Part shown: positions 10,700 through 20,572 of the stretch, in pieces
How the letters are laid out: each line of letters opens with the position of its first letter
Numbering within the stretch: position 1 is the first letter of the stretch
Notes under the pieces: generated by a model
What the model was told of the DNA's origin: nothing
The model's database searches: none
The model's input: only the letters and a program-made list of their open reading frames with translations
Program-made: the position numbers and the translations under genes
Assembly: GCA_008081075.1 (NCBI GenBank)
Contig: VMDB01000035.1
Coordinates: 1 to 47,256, forward strand
Direction: 5' to 3'
DNA from: Halieaceae bacterium
GTDB lineage: Bacteria; Pseudomonadota; Gammaproteobacteria; Pseudomonadales; Halieaceae
DNA: 47,256 nucleotides

Positions 10700-13234
10700 T
10701 TAGAAGTTGTAGCGGTAACGTGCATACCAGAAGGCGCCGCTGATACCAAAAGGCGAATACTGGCTGTAGGTGTTACCCAAGATAGTGGCCGAATTGAATC
10801 CGAGGTTATTCACGTCGGTCGCCTTTTGACCATTTTCGTCAAAGACGTTATTCCCGCCAACGAGGATGCTGTGGTGGTCTCCGATCGTGTATTCGAACTC
10901 AAGATCAAGCAGGTACTCGCTGTCAAAGATGGCGTCGGTACCAAAAACGTCATTTTCGAAGCTGTCGTACCAGTCGTCATAGAAGCTGACACGAGCGAGG
11001 AAACGCATGTTACCGACCGTGTGGTTGGCTGACAGGTTCCATCGGGTCTCGGGCGTGGTCAGTTCGATCTGACGAATACGACCTGCGCCGATTGTTGCGG
11101 GGTTGTATTTCTCGACCTCGGTCTTGTTGTTGTTGAAAGCAAGATTCCAGTCGGTCGTACCGCCGAGCCATTCGGTGTAGGTCGAGACGACGATATCAAC
11201 GCCATGGGTGTTGGTATCGAAGTCATTCGTGAAGAAGCGGAACTGGGTCAAATCGCCAGCGCCCGGCACGTTATCTGCGATCAGTTGGTCGATTTGCTCC
11301 TGTGACAGGACAACCTCTGAGGACAGATTGATGCGGTCTTCTACATCGATGTCATAGTAATCGACCGTGATTTCGAAATTACCCAGCGTGGCATACAAGC
11401 CGGCAGTGAAGTTAGTGGACTCCTCCGGCTCCAACTGTTTGCCACCCACAGACAAGGCAACGGGGCTGGTCGCTGGAATTGTGCCGTTGTTGACCAGTGT
11501 CGGCACGCCATTGACGTTGATCAGCTCGGTTGAGGTGTTCGACGCATTGGCCTGACCGGGAGTCGGTGCTTTAAAGCCTGTGCTGTAGGTTGAGCGTACG
11601 CCAAAGTTATCGCTGACGGCCCAGTTAGCACCGACTTTAAAGTTGGTGGTGCTACCGAAATCATCGAAATCCTCAAAGCGTACGGCGCCCTGGGTCACGA
11701 GGTTGTCGGTTGGGGTCCACTCCGCGTCAATATAAACGGCATAGTTGTCGCGGTCGAAGGTGCCCGAAGTGGCCGCAGGGAAGCCGGGGAAACCGTTGGA
11801 TGAGGTGCTGAAACCCTGATCGGCCAAAATACCCGCGGTATAGGACTCTACCTGACCCGGACCGATTTCGAATTCCTCGTTGCGGTATTCGCCACCAAAA
11901 CCGACGTTCAGCGCGTCTGAGACGGTCCAGCTAAAATCGGCGTTGAAGTTGGTGTCAGTCTGCTTATACAGGCCGGGGTCGAAGTCGCGAGGCGTATCGG
12001 GGCCAAGACTCGCGTTCACCGTGTTGTTGATGAAGAAGTCCGCCTCGTTTTCCCCGCGATAGGCACTCACGTCCCAACGCAGGTTGTCACTGAACTCGCC
12101 ACGCAGTCCGATCAGGAAAGACATGTCAGTCACGTCACCACCAAAGCGCGGCGTGAATCCGCCGGGAATGGTTTCCTGGAAGGAGAAACAGTTGGGATCG
12201 GCTTTGACCTGAGCCATCGCTACCGGGTCGGGGATGTTCCCATTTAATGCTACGACCGGACAGCCCACACCGTCGTTGGGCGTGAGGTCGCCGATCAGCA
12301 ACGTTGCGCCGCCATCTCCACTGTAAACCGCACCGCGGTTGGTGGGATTACGGAAGAAGAAGCCGCCATCGACTTCCTTGCTGTTGTAGTTGGCATGGCC
12401 GTAGAGTTCGAGCGTGTCGCTGAGATCAAAGCCAAAGTTCGCCCACAGCTTCATGTCGTCATTGACAATCGGGCGGCCCCAGATCATTGCGGGTACGGGT
12501 ACGTCTTGGTAGCCGTCATCGATCAGGCCTTGTGCGTCAGCGCGCTGTTCTGAACGGCTAGTTGGGTCAGATTCGCCCCATTCCGCAGTCAGATTCAGAA
12601 AACCATTCTCACCCAGCGGCAGACCAATGTTGCCCGCAATGGTGGTTTGCTCCCCATCGCCCTCTTTGTACTCGCCGTAGCGCACTTCCAAAGAGCCGCC
12701 TTCAGACGCATCGTTGAGCACGAAGTTCATCACACCCGCAATCGCGTCTGATCCGTATTGGGCGGATGCGCCATCGCGCAACACTTCGATACGCTTCAGT
12801 CCCAAAGCGGGGATAGCCGCGGCATCGGGGCCCTGTGAGCCATTCGAAATACCGTTACCGAGCCAGGTAATGACCGAGGCGCGATGGCGGCGCTTGCCGT
12901 TCACGAGCATCAGGGTGTGGTCAGGTGCCAAGCCACGCAGGTTGGCTGGGCGGATCAAGGTGGCCGCGTCGCTGATCGGCTGGTCGTTCACGTTGTAGGA
13001 GGGCACAACATTGCGCAGCAAGTTGCTCATGTCGGTATCGCCCTGATTGCTCATGGTTTCGCCGCCAATCACATCAATGGGTGCGGGGGAGTCCAGCGCT
13101 GAACGCCCTTCGGTTCGGGTACCAATGACCACAACCTCTTCGGTCAAGCTCTCACCTTGTGCGAACGCCGTATGTGCCGGTATCAGGGAGGCGGCCGCGA
13201 CCGCTACCGCAAGTGTACGAATGGGAAACTTCAT
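10700..13234 (-). CDS. TonB-dependent outer-membrane receptor, substrate unknown
   Basis: Signal peptide, TonB box EEVVVIGTR, plug motifs NLRGL...LVNGKR and RIEVLRDGASAQYGSDAIAGVMN, C-terminal aromatic YRYNF. Confidence 0.95.
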   Translation of the reverse strand: MKFPIRTLAVAVAAASLIPAHTAFAQGESLTEEVVVIGTRTEGRSALDSPAPIDVIGGETMSNQGDTDMSNLLRNVVPSYNVNDQPISDAATLIRPANLRGLAPDHTLMLVNGKRRHRASVITWLGNGISNGSQGPDAAAIPALGLKRIEVLRDGASAQYGSDAIAGVMNFVLNDASEGGSLEVRYGEYKEGDGEQTTIAGNIGLPLGENGFLNLTAEWGESDPTSRSEQRADAQGLIDDGYQDVPVPAMIWGRPIVNDDMKLWANFGFDLSDTLELYGHANYNSKEVDGGFFFRNPTNRGAVYSGDGGATLLIGDLTPNDGVGCPVVALNGNIPDPVAMAQVKADPNCFSFQETIPGGFTPRFGGDVTDMSFLIGLRGEFSDNLRWDVSAYRGENEADFFINNTVNASLGPDTPRDFDPGLYKQTDTNFNADFSWTVSDALNVGFGGEYRNEEFEIGPGQVESYTAGILADQGFSTSSNGFPGFPAATSGTFDRDNYAVYIDAEWTPTDNLVTQGAVRFEDFDDFGSTTNFKVGANWAVSDNFGVRSTYSTGFKAPTPGQANASNTSTELINVNGVPTLVNNGTIPATSPVALSVGGKQLEPEESTNFTAGLYATLGNFEITVDYYDIDVEDRINLSSEVVLSQEQIDQLIADNVPGAGDLTQFRFFTNDFDTNTHGVDIVVSTYTEWLGGTTDWNLAFNNNKTEVEKYNPATIGAGRIRQIELTTPETRWNLSANHTVGNMRFLARVSFYDDWYDSFENDVFGTDAIFDSEYLLDLEFEYTIGDHHSILVGGNNVFDENGQKATDVNNLGFNSATILGNTYSQYSPFGISGAFWYARYRYNF

Positions 13235-13550
13235 ATTTTTCTCCGTGGCTAAAAGTTAATAGCTCGCGCACCACCGTGGGTTATGTAACCCCCAGAAGCC
13301 CGACACCGAATGAGATTTTGTTATGAGTGTTCGGGACCAGCGAATGCTGAGCCGAAGACGATTATATGGGACCTTAGACTGCAGTGCAGTTGAAAAGATG
13401 TGAAAAGGTCTGCTTTAAGTGACAGCGAAAGGGTGGCAGGCATTAGCATCAAGATTCTATCGAGCGGGCCCATGCCGAACCTCGGCCGCAAGACCGCCCA
13501 AAGCGCCCCTTTAAGGAGTGCTACGTTGTCATCAAACGGCGTGCCGCTGG

Positions 13551-15488
13551 CTAGACGACGCGATTATTGATCAGCTGGGTGACGACTGCCGGGTCGGCGA
13601 GTGTGGATGTGTCGCCCAGATTGTCCAGTTCGTTTTCAGCGATTTTTCTGAGGATCCGGCGCATGATCTTTCCAGAACGCGTCTTGGGTAGCCCGGGGGC
13701 CCACTGAATCTTGTCTGGCTTCGCGATAGGACCGATTTCCCTGACACACAGTGCGATCAGTTCGGCACGTAGTGCGTCACTGTCCTCCACCCCAGTCATA
13801 GGCGTCACATACGCGTAGATGCCCTGGCCTTTGATGTCGTGGGGGAAGCCCACCACCGCCGCCTCCGCAATCGACTCGTGGAGCACCAGTGCGCTCTCCA
13901 CTTCAGCAGTGCCCATACGGTGGCCCGACACATTTAATACGTCGTCGACCCTGCCGGTAATACGCAGATAGCCGTCTTCGTCTCTGAGAGCGCCGTCTCC
14001 CGTAAAGTAGTATCCGGGGTAAGTCGTGAAGTAGGTATCGATCATACGTTGGTGATCGCCGAATACCGTTCGTATCTGGGCAGGCCAACTCCGTTTGATA
14101 ACCAAGTAACCAGCGCCGGCCCCGGTTATTTCGGCACCATTCTCGTCGAGTAAGGCGGGTTCTACGCCAAAAAAAGGATAACTGGCGAATCCGGGTTTCA
14201 GGGTGTGAGCGCCAGGGAGCGGCGTAATCATTACTCCACCGGTTTCGGTTTGCCACCAGGTGTCGACAATAGGGCAACGGCCTTCGCCAACGACCCGGTG
14301 GTACCACTCCCATGCTTCGGGATTGATGGGCTCTCCCACTGAGCCGATGATGCGTAGCGAGCTGCGATCCTGACCCGTCACCCAGGCATCGCCGAGGCTG
14401 TGTAGTGCGCGTATCGCGGTGGGCGCCGTGAAGAATAAATTAACTTGGTGCTTGGCGATGACGGCCCAGAACCGATCTGCTTGGGGGTAGGTTGGAACTC
14501 CCTCGAACATCAGCGTTTTTGCACCGATCGCCAGTGGTCCATAGACAATATATGTGTGTCCGGTCACCCAGCCCACATCCGCGGTGCACCAATAGGTCTC
14601 TCCTTCGCGGTAGTCGAAGACGTACTTCATCGACATGGCGGCCTGGAGGAGATAGCCGCCGGTTGTGTGCAGAACACCTTTGGGTTTTCCTGTAGAGCCC
14701 GAGGTGTACAAAATGAACAGCGGGTCCTCGCTGTCCATCCACTCCGGTTCACAGTCCACATCAACGAGCGCGGCAGCCTTGTGATACCAGGTATCACGAC
14801 CCGGATGCCAGGCGATGTCTGTACCGGTGTGTTGAATCACTATTACGCTATCAACGCACGCGGTCTCTGCCACTGCGGCATCCACGTTGGCCTTTAGGGG
14901 GATGCTTTTCCCCCCGCGAACGCCCTCATCTGCCGTCACCACCACCTTGCAGGTCGAGTCATTGATGCGATCCTTGAGGGCTTCGGGCGAAAAACCACCG
15001 AATACCACCGAGTGGATGGCGCCAATGCGACTGCAGGCCAACATGGCGAACGCCGCTTCGGGGATCATCGGCATGTAGATGCAGACACGATCGCCCTTAC
15101 TGACACCCTGGGCCTTCAGAACATTGGCAAATCGGCAAACCTGCGTTTTAAGATCTTGAAAGGTAAAGGATTTGCTGTCTGCCGGGTTATCGCCCTCCCA
15201 AATGAGGGCGACGTCATTGGCCCGTTCTGGCAGGTGTCGATCAATGCAATTGACCGAGACATTGAGTTGAGCTCCCACAAACCAGCGAGCGCTGCCTGTA
15301 CTCAAGTCCGCCTCAGAAATGGCCCGCCAGGGCGAGTGCCAGTCGAGCAACGTGGCTTGCTCGGCCCAGAATGTGTCGGGATCCTCGATAGATTGGTGGT
15401 ACATCGCCTGATAGCGCTCGGGGGTAATGTGAGCGTCGCTAAAACTGGCGGGTATCGGGTAGGTCACCGACTCTGTCATCCGTCGCAT
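13551..15488 (-). CDS. acs: Acetyl-CoA synthetase (AMP-forming)
   Basis: [43 protein letters not shown]; start may be 15479. Confidence 0.97.
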   Translation of the reverse strand: MRRMTESVTYPIPASFSDAHITPERYQAMYHQSIEDPDTFWAEQATLLDWHSPWRAISEADLSTGSARWFVGAQLNVSVNCIDRHLPERANDVALIWEGDNPADSKSFTFQDLKTQVCRFANVLKAQGVSKGDRVCIYMPMIPEAAFAMLACSRIGAIHSVVFGGFSPEALKDRINDSTCKVVVTADEGVRGGKSIPLKANVDAAVAETACVDSVIVIQHTGTDIAWHPGRDTWYHKAAALVDVDCEPEWMDSEDPLFILYTSGSTGKPKGVLHTTGGYLLQAAMSMKYVFDYREGETYWCTADVGWVTGHTYIVYGPLAIGAKTLMFEGVPTYPQADRFWAVIAKHQVNLFFTAPTAIRALHSLGDAWVTGQDRSSLRIIGSVGEPINPEAWEWYHRVVGEGRCPIVDTWWQTETGGVMITPLPGAHTLKPGFASYPFFGVEPALLDENGAEITGAGAGYLVIKRSWPAQIRTVFGDHQRMIDTYFTTYPGYYFTGDGALRDEDGYLRITGRVDDVLNVSGHRMGTAEVESALVLHESIAEAAVVGFPHDIKGQGIYAYVTPMTGVEDSDALRAELIALCVREIGPIAKPDKIQWAPGLPKTRSGKIMRRILRKIAENELDNLGDTSTLADPAVVTQLINNRVV

Positions 15489-15682
15489 CCAATGGTTATA
15501 GGAGTTGCGATGTTAAGTGACGCAGTTTTTCACAACAACCGTGTTTTTCGGCGAACGCTGAGTGCGGATGACACATCCCGGCCCCGACTTCCCGCTCACA
15601 ATGCCCGAGGATAATGATGTTGCTGCCCGAGGCAACGGTTTATCATTGCGAGAGATAATCCTGCCTGACAGGGGAGGCTGTT

Positions 15683-15958
15683 ATGCAACCGGAAAATCCC
15701 GAGGTGCTCCGCGAAATCTACTGGCGGGAGAACCGTCGCTGGATGCTCATTTTGGGGGCCATCTGGTTTCTGGTGAGTTTGGGTTGTGGCGTCTTGTGGG
15801 TGGAACCCCTGAACCAGTTCCAGCTGGGCGGCTTCAAGTTGGGATTCTGGTTTGCCCAACAGGGGGCCATCTATGTCTTCATCCTGTTGATCTTCGTTTA
15901 TGCGCGCCTCATGGCGAGATTGGAGAAAAGGTTGGGTCTTGAGGAGCCAGAGGCATGA
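15683..15958 (+). CDS. DUF4212-type small membrane protein (putative symporter small subunit)
   Basis: YWRENRR...GGFKLGFWFAQQGAIYVF signature, two hydrophobic segments, GGGAGG RBS, stop overlaps the next start (ATGA). Confidence 0.88.
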   Translation: MQPENPEVLREIYWRENRRWMLILGAIWFLVSLGCGVLWVEPLNQFQLGGFKLGFWFAQQGAIYVFILLIFVYARLMARLEKRLGLEEPEA

Positions 15959-17679
15959 CGCTTACCGAGACCACCTATTGGGTAGTGGGCGCCTCATTTG
16001 CCCTCTATATCTTGATTGCGATCCGCTCCAGAGCGGGCACGACGCAAGAATTCTATGTTGCTGGTAAGGGCATCCATCCGGTGGCCAACGGCATGGCCAC
16101 TGCCGCCGATTGGATGTCAGCAGCCTCTTTTATTTCCATGGCTGGGCTGATTGGCCTCTCCTATAACGGTTATGGAGGGTCTGTTTTTCTGATGGGGTGG
16201 ACCGGGGGCTATGTGCTCCTCGCCATGCTAATTGCGCCGTATTTGAGAAAGTACGGCAAATTTACCGTGCCGGAATTTATTGGAGACCGGTACTACTCCG
16301 ATACCGCCCGTGTGGTTGCGGTCGTATGCCTGATCATTTGTTCTGTGACCTATGTGATTGGTCAGATGAAGGGCATCGGCGTGGCCTTCTCTCGTTTCCT
16401 CGAGACGGATTACGAGACCGGCCTCTTCTCCGGCATGGTGATTGTGTTCTTTTACGCGGTCCTCGGCGGCATGAAGGGTATTACCTATACCCAGATCGCG
16501 CAGTTCTGCGTCCTTATTTTTGCCTACACCGTGCCCGCCATATTTATCAGTTTGCAACTTACCGGGCAGCCAATCCCCCAGCTGGGATTGGGCTCGACCT
16601 TGGCCGATGGCACTTATCTATTGCAGAAGCTTGACCAAACGCTGCTGGACCTTGGTTTTCAGGAATATACGACCTCGGTGCGGGGCAGCACGCTCAATAT
16701 GGCGGCTTTCACTGCCTCGCTCATGATCGGCACTGCGGGATTGCCCCACGTCATAATCCGGTTTTTCACGGTGCCCACGGTGAGTGCTGCGCGGACATCT
16801 GCGGGCTGGGCTTTGGTGTTCATCGCGATTTTGTACACCACTGCGCCGGCAGTCGCCGCAATGGCACGGCTCAATATCTTGCAAACGCTACAGCCTGAGC
16901 CTGGGCAGCATCTGGCGATCGAGGAGCGCCCGGAGTGGTTCAGGAACTGGGAGCGCACAGGTCTGTTGGGGATTGAGGACAAAAATCGCGACGGCCTCAT
17001 CCAATACTCGGCGGACCCCGAGACAAACGAGCTGGTGAAACTGGATAACGATATTCTGGTGCTGGCTAACCCGGAGATTGCGAAGTTGCCCCACTGGGTG
17101 ATTGCGCTGGTCGCCGCCGGTGGGCTTGCCGCAGCACTTTCGACCGCCGCTGGACTTTTGCTGGCGATTTCTTCGGCAATATCTCATGACCTCATGAAAC
17201 GAACGTGGATGCCAGACATTTCCGAGCGTCAGGAATTGATGGCCTCGCGATTGGCAATGGCGGCTGCGGTCCTGGGTGCGGGGTACCTTGGCTTGAATCC
17301 ACCCGGGTTTGCCGCGGGCACAGTGGCTTTGGCTTTTGGATTGGCGGCATCTTCTCTGTTTCCTGCCCTTTTCTTGGGTATTTTTTCCAAGCGGGTGACG
17401 CGAGAAGGTGCTGTGCTCGGTATGTTGGCGGGCCTGGGTGTGACCCTGACCTACGTGTTTCAGCATAAAGGCATCATGTTTATCCCCGGGACACAGTTTC
17501 TCGGCGATCTGCCTCCCAACTGGTTTTTTGGGATTGAGCCCAATGCCTTTGGCGTCGTGGGTGCCCTCGTGAACTTCGCTGTGACACTGGGAGTCACCCG
17601 CATTACCCAGCCGCCCCCGGTCGAGGTGCAACAGCTGGTCGAGGAAATCCGTGTCCCTGTGTCCTCAGGGCACCTCTAG
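15955..17679 (+). CDS. Sodium:solute symporter, ActP/VC_2705-like (probable acetate/monocarboxylate permease)
   Basis: NGMATAADWMSAASFIS, APYLRKYGKFTVPEFIGDRYYS, GTAGLPHVIIRFFTVP, GGLAAALSTAAGLLL; divergent from acs. Confidence 0.92.
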   Translation: MTLTETTYWVVGASFALYILIAIRSRAGTTQEFYVAGKGIHPVANGMATAADWMSAASFISMAGLIGLSYNGYGGSVFLMGWTGGYVLLAMLIAPYLRKYGKFTVPEFIGDRYYSDTARVVAVVCLIICSVTYVIGQMKGIGVAFSRFLETDYETGLFSGMVIVFFYAVLGGMKGITYTQIAQFCVLIFAYTVPAIFISLQLTGQPIPQLGLGSTLADGTYLLQKLDQTLLDLGFQEYTTSVRGSTLNMAAFTASLMIGTAGLPHVIIRFFTVPTVSAARTSAGWALVFIAILYTTAPAVAAMARLNILQTLQPEPGQHLAIEERPEWFRNWERTGLLGIEDKNRDGLIQYSADPETNELVKLDNDILVLANPEIAKLPHWVIALVAAGGLAAALSTAAGLLLAISSAISHDLMKRTWMPDISERQELMASRLAMAAAVLGAGYLGLNPPGFAAGTVALAFGLAASSLFPALFLGIFSKRVTREGAVLGMLAGLGVTLTYVFQHKGIMFIPGTQFLGDLPPNWFFGIEPNAFGVVGALVNFAVTLGVTRITQPPPVEVQQLVEEIRVPVSSGHL

Positions 17680-18530
17680 CGGGCGCAAATCTGGATGTTG
17701 TCGATCAGACGGGTGTGACCGAGGCGCGCCGCTACGAACAATGCACAGTCCTCGCTCGTATCGGAGAGAGTCGAGAGTGTCGCCAGCGACCTCAGCTCAA
17801 AATAGTCCACCGAAAAGCCGGCCTGCTCAATTGTCTTCCGAGCGGCTTTGAGCGTGAGGCTCACCTCATCTGCTGGCAGCCGGGGCAGCTTGTCGGCGCA
17901 CTCGCGTAAGGTTCGCCACAGTAGCGGTGCAATTGCCCGTTGATCGGCGGAGAGGTATTGGTTGCGCGAGCTCAGGGCAAGACCATCAGCTGCCCGTTGT
18001 GTCGCGCCACTCTGAATATCGATGGGCAGGCCCAGATCTCGTGTCATTTTTTTGATGATCAGGAGCTGCTGCAGGTCCTTCTCGCCAAAAATCGCGACCG
18101 TGGGTTTGACCAGCTGAAACAGTTTGTACACCACGGTGCAGACACCATCAAAGTGGCCTGGCCGTTCCTTTCCGCAAAGCGCTTCACCCAGAACCGGCAC
18201 ATGAATCGTTGTCTCGTTTTCGCTGCCTTGGGGGTAGATGTCAGAGGCGCTGGGCGTGAACACCAGATCAGCCTTGATCTGGCGCAGTGCGGAGAGGTCT
18301 GCTTCGAGGGTCCGCGGGTAGGTATCAAGATCCTCGTTGGCAGCAAATTGCATCGGGTTTACAAAAATCGACGCGACAACAATATCAGCGGCGTTTTGCG
18401 CCTGCTCGATGAGCGACAGATGGCCCTGATGAAGATTGCCCATGGTGGGCACGAATCCCACTGTTGCCCCGCCGACCCGGAGCTCGGTGAGCCTGTCTCG
18501 CAATGCCTGTGAATCAGCGGCGATAATCAC
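17676..18530 (-). CDS. panC: Pantoate--beta-alanine ligase
   Basis: GFVPTMGNLHQGH, SIFVNPMQF, RPGHFDGV, FGEKDLQQ, GLALSSRN, RLIDN. Confidence 0.98.
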   Translation of the reverse strand: MIIAADSQALRDRLTELRVGGATVGFVPTMGNLHQGHLSLIEQAQNAADIVVASIFVNPMQFAANEDLDTYPRTLEADLSALRQIKADLVFTPSASDIYPQGSENETTIHVPVLGEALCGKERPGHFDGVCTVVYKLFQLVKPTVAIFGEKDLQQLLIIKKMTRDLGLPIDIQSGATQRAADGLALSSRNQYLSADQRAIAPLLWRTLRECADKLPRLPADEVSLTLKAARKTIEQAGFSVDYFELRSLATLSTLSDTSEDCALFVAARLGHTRLIDNIQICAR

Positions 18531-18539
18531 AAGAGGTAC

Positions 18540-19334
18540 CTAAGAGTAGGTGTGTTCTTCTCGAGGATAAGTTCCCGATTTCACCGCATCGACAAAGGCC
18601 TGCAACGCGGCCTGAATAGAGGGCGCGCCCTCCATAAAGTTTTGCACAAACTTGGGCGCCGACTCGGTCATCCCCAGCATGTCATGGAGCACCAATACCT
18701 GCGCGTCGGTGCCACTGCCTGCGCCAATGCCAATCACTGGGATGTCGAGCTTTGAGGAGATGTCGGCCGCCAGTTCGGCGGGTATGCATTCCAGCACCAG
18801 CAGGCTCGCACCCGCATCCTGAATTTCTACCGCATCAGCTAAAATGGATTTAGCCTCTTTCGGTGTGCGGCCTTGGACTCGGTAGCCGCCAAAGACATTC
18901 ACTGATTGTGGCGTCAGTCCAAGGTGGGCGCAGACTGGCACCCCTCGCTCGACCAGCCGATGAATACTGTCGCTGAGCCAGGTACCGCCCTCGAGCTTGA
19001 CCATTTGTGCGCCGGCTTGCATCAGGCGGGTACTGGCGTGAAGGGTGTCATCCGAATTGGAGAAGCTCATAAAAGGTAAGTCAGCGACGATCAGCGAATG
19101 CGGGCGAGCACGCGCAACACACTCGGTGTGATAGGCCATAGCATCAAGCGATACGGGAATCGTCGTTTCGTGCCCCTGTAACACCATGCCCAACGAATCA
19201 CCCACCAGAATCGTCTCTGCGCCTGCTTCACTCGCCAGCCGGGCAAAGGTCGCATCGTAGGCGGTGATCATCACAAACTTTTCGCCTGACGCCTTCATCG
19301 CGTCGAGAGTGCTTATGGTGATGCGTTTTTTCAT
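18540..19334 (-). CDS. panB: 3-methyl-2-oxobutanoate hydroxymethyltransferase
   Basis: ITAYDATFA, LVGDSLGMV, VKLEGG, HLGLTPQSV, IGIGAG. Confidence 0.98.
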   Translation of the reverse strand: MKKRITISTLDAMKASGEKFVMITAYDATFARLASEAGAETILVGDSLGMVLQGHETTIPVSLDAMAYHTECVARARPHSLIVADLPFMSFSNSDDTLHASTRLMQAGAQMVKLEGGTWLSDSIHRLVERGVPVCAHLGLTPQSVNVFGGYRVQGRTPKEAKSILADAVEIQDAGASLLVLECIPAELAADISSKLDIPVIGIGAGSGTDAQVLVLHDMLGMTESAPKFVQNFMEGAPSIQAALQAFVDAVKSGTYPREEHTYS

Positions 19335-19370
19335 AGGGCGGACTCCCGGCCACTGGCAGGCAGGTGCAAA

Positions 19371-20054
19371 TCAGCTAAAAAAAGTGGGGTTGAAGTAGTG
19401 GCGACCTTTTTTGATGTCCAGCATGTAATCGATGAGCTGTTCATAATCTCTGTCACCCCGGGTGAGGTCAATATCGTTGGCGTTAACGATCAGAAGCGGC
19501 GCAGAATCGTAGTAGAGAAAGAACTCGCTGTACACCTCGTTAAGCTGCTCAAGGTAGGTTCGGTCGATCAGTCGTTCGGCATCAATTCCGCGTTTCTCGA
19601 TTCTTTCCAGCAGTCGATCAGGGTTGGCCTGCAGATAGATAACAAGATCAGGCACGGGCGCGTCCACCCGCATTTTTTCAAAGACTTTCTGATACAGCGC
19701 GTACTCGTCGGCATCGAGGTTGACTCTTGCGAATAGCGGGTCTTTTTCCAAAACGAAATCAGCCACCCGGTTTTGGTCAAACATATCCCGCTGTTTGAGT
19801 TCGGTGATTTTTTGCACCCGCTGAAAGAGAAAGAACAATTGGGTAGCCAGGGCTGTCTGCTGCCGGTTCTGATAAAAACGAGATAAAAATGGGTTCAATT
19901 CAGCCTCTTCCAATAAGAGGTCGTGAGCGAAAGTCTCGGCGATACGGCGCGCCAGCGTGGTTTTACCGACGCCGATGGGCCCCTCGACGGCAACGTAAGT
20001 CGGTACTGTTCGCCCACGCAACGTCAAGCCACTTGAAGGCGCTTCATCGTGCAC
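19371..20054 (-). CDS. Deoxynucleoside kinase family protein
   Basis: VEGPIGVGKTTLA P-loop, NPFLSRFY, QLFFLFQR, PDLVIYLQA, IEKRG; start moved to GTG 20054, 6 nt after AGGAGAG. Confidence 0.9.
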   Translation of the reverse strand: MHDEAPSSGLTLRGRTVPTYVAVEGPIGVGKTTLARRIAETFAHDLLLEEAELNPFLSRFYQNRQQTALATQLFFLFQRVQKITELKQRDMFDQNRVADFVLEKDPLFARVNLDADEYALYQKVFEKMRVDAPVPDLVIYLQANPDRLLERIEKRGIDAERLIDRTYLEQLNEVYSEFFLYYDSAPLLIVNANDIDLTRGDRDYEQLIDYMLDIKKGRHYFNPTFFS

Positions 20055-20077
20055 AGCACGCTCTCCTGATGCCGCAG

Positions 20078-20572
20078 TTACTTTGGAAACTCGCACGATA
20101 CGCGAATCTCTTGCTCGCTGCATCGCGATTGTAGTTGTCCAAGCGGCCCCTCTCCCGGCAGGGTATATTCTGGACCGAGTAGCTCAATGAGAGGGTCAAG
20201 GACGAAGCGGCGCTCGTGGGCTCGAGGATGGGGGAGTTGTAACCGCTCGGAGCGCAGTATCACTGTGTCAAAAAGCAGCAGATCCAGATCAATGCACCGT
20301 TCTCCCCAATGCCGCCCGCGAACCCGACCCATTTGCTGCTCAATCTCCAGCAGTACATCCAGTAGCGCTATTGGCTCCAGCGCGGTATGGATTTGCACCA
20401 CCGCGTTGAAAAAATCGGGTTGATCCTTGGGGCCTTGGGGTGAGGATACGTACACGCTAGACGTGGTCGATGTTTCGAGCAACCGGTGCTCGCGCAGGTG
20501 GCTGTAGGCGGTGCCAAGTTGCGCTATTGGTTCTTCAATATTGGAGCCCAGCCCCAAAAAAATGCCGGTCAC
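20078..20572 (-). CDS. folK: 2-amino-4-hydroxy-6-hydroxymethyldihydropteridine diphosphokinase
   Basis: LGLGSNI, QPDFFNAV, RGRHWGERCIDLDLL, LPHPRAHERRFVL. Confidence 0.96.
   Translation of the reverse strand: MTGIFLGLGSNIEEPIAQLGTAYSHLREHRLLETSTTSSVYVSSPQGPKDQPDFFNAVVQIHTALEPIALLDVLLEIEQQMGRVRGRHWGERCIDLDLLLFDTVILRSERLQLPHPRAHERRFVLDPLIELLGPEYTLPGEGPLGQLQSRCSEQEIRVSCEFPK

Noticed and set aside
13235-13550. Cobalamin/TPP riboswitch or Fur box upstream of the TonB receptor
   Set aside because: No B12-box, TPP core or GATAATGATAATCATTATC-like motif recognised.
15683-17679. DUF4212 plus SSS transporter as a detached remnant of CbrX/CbrA
   Set aside because: Motifs fit the ActP/VC_2705 subfamily normally linked to acs; no STAC, PAS or kinase part.
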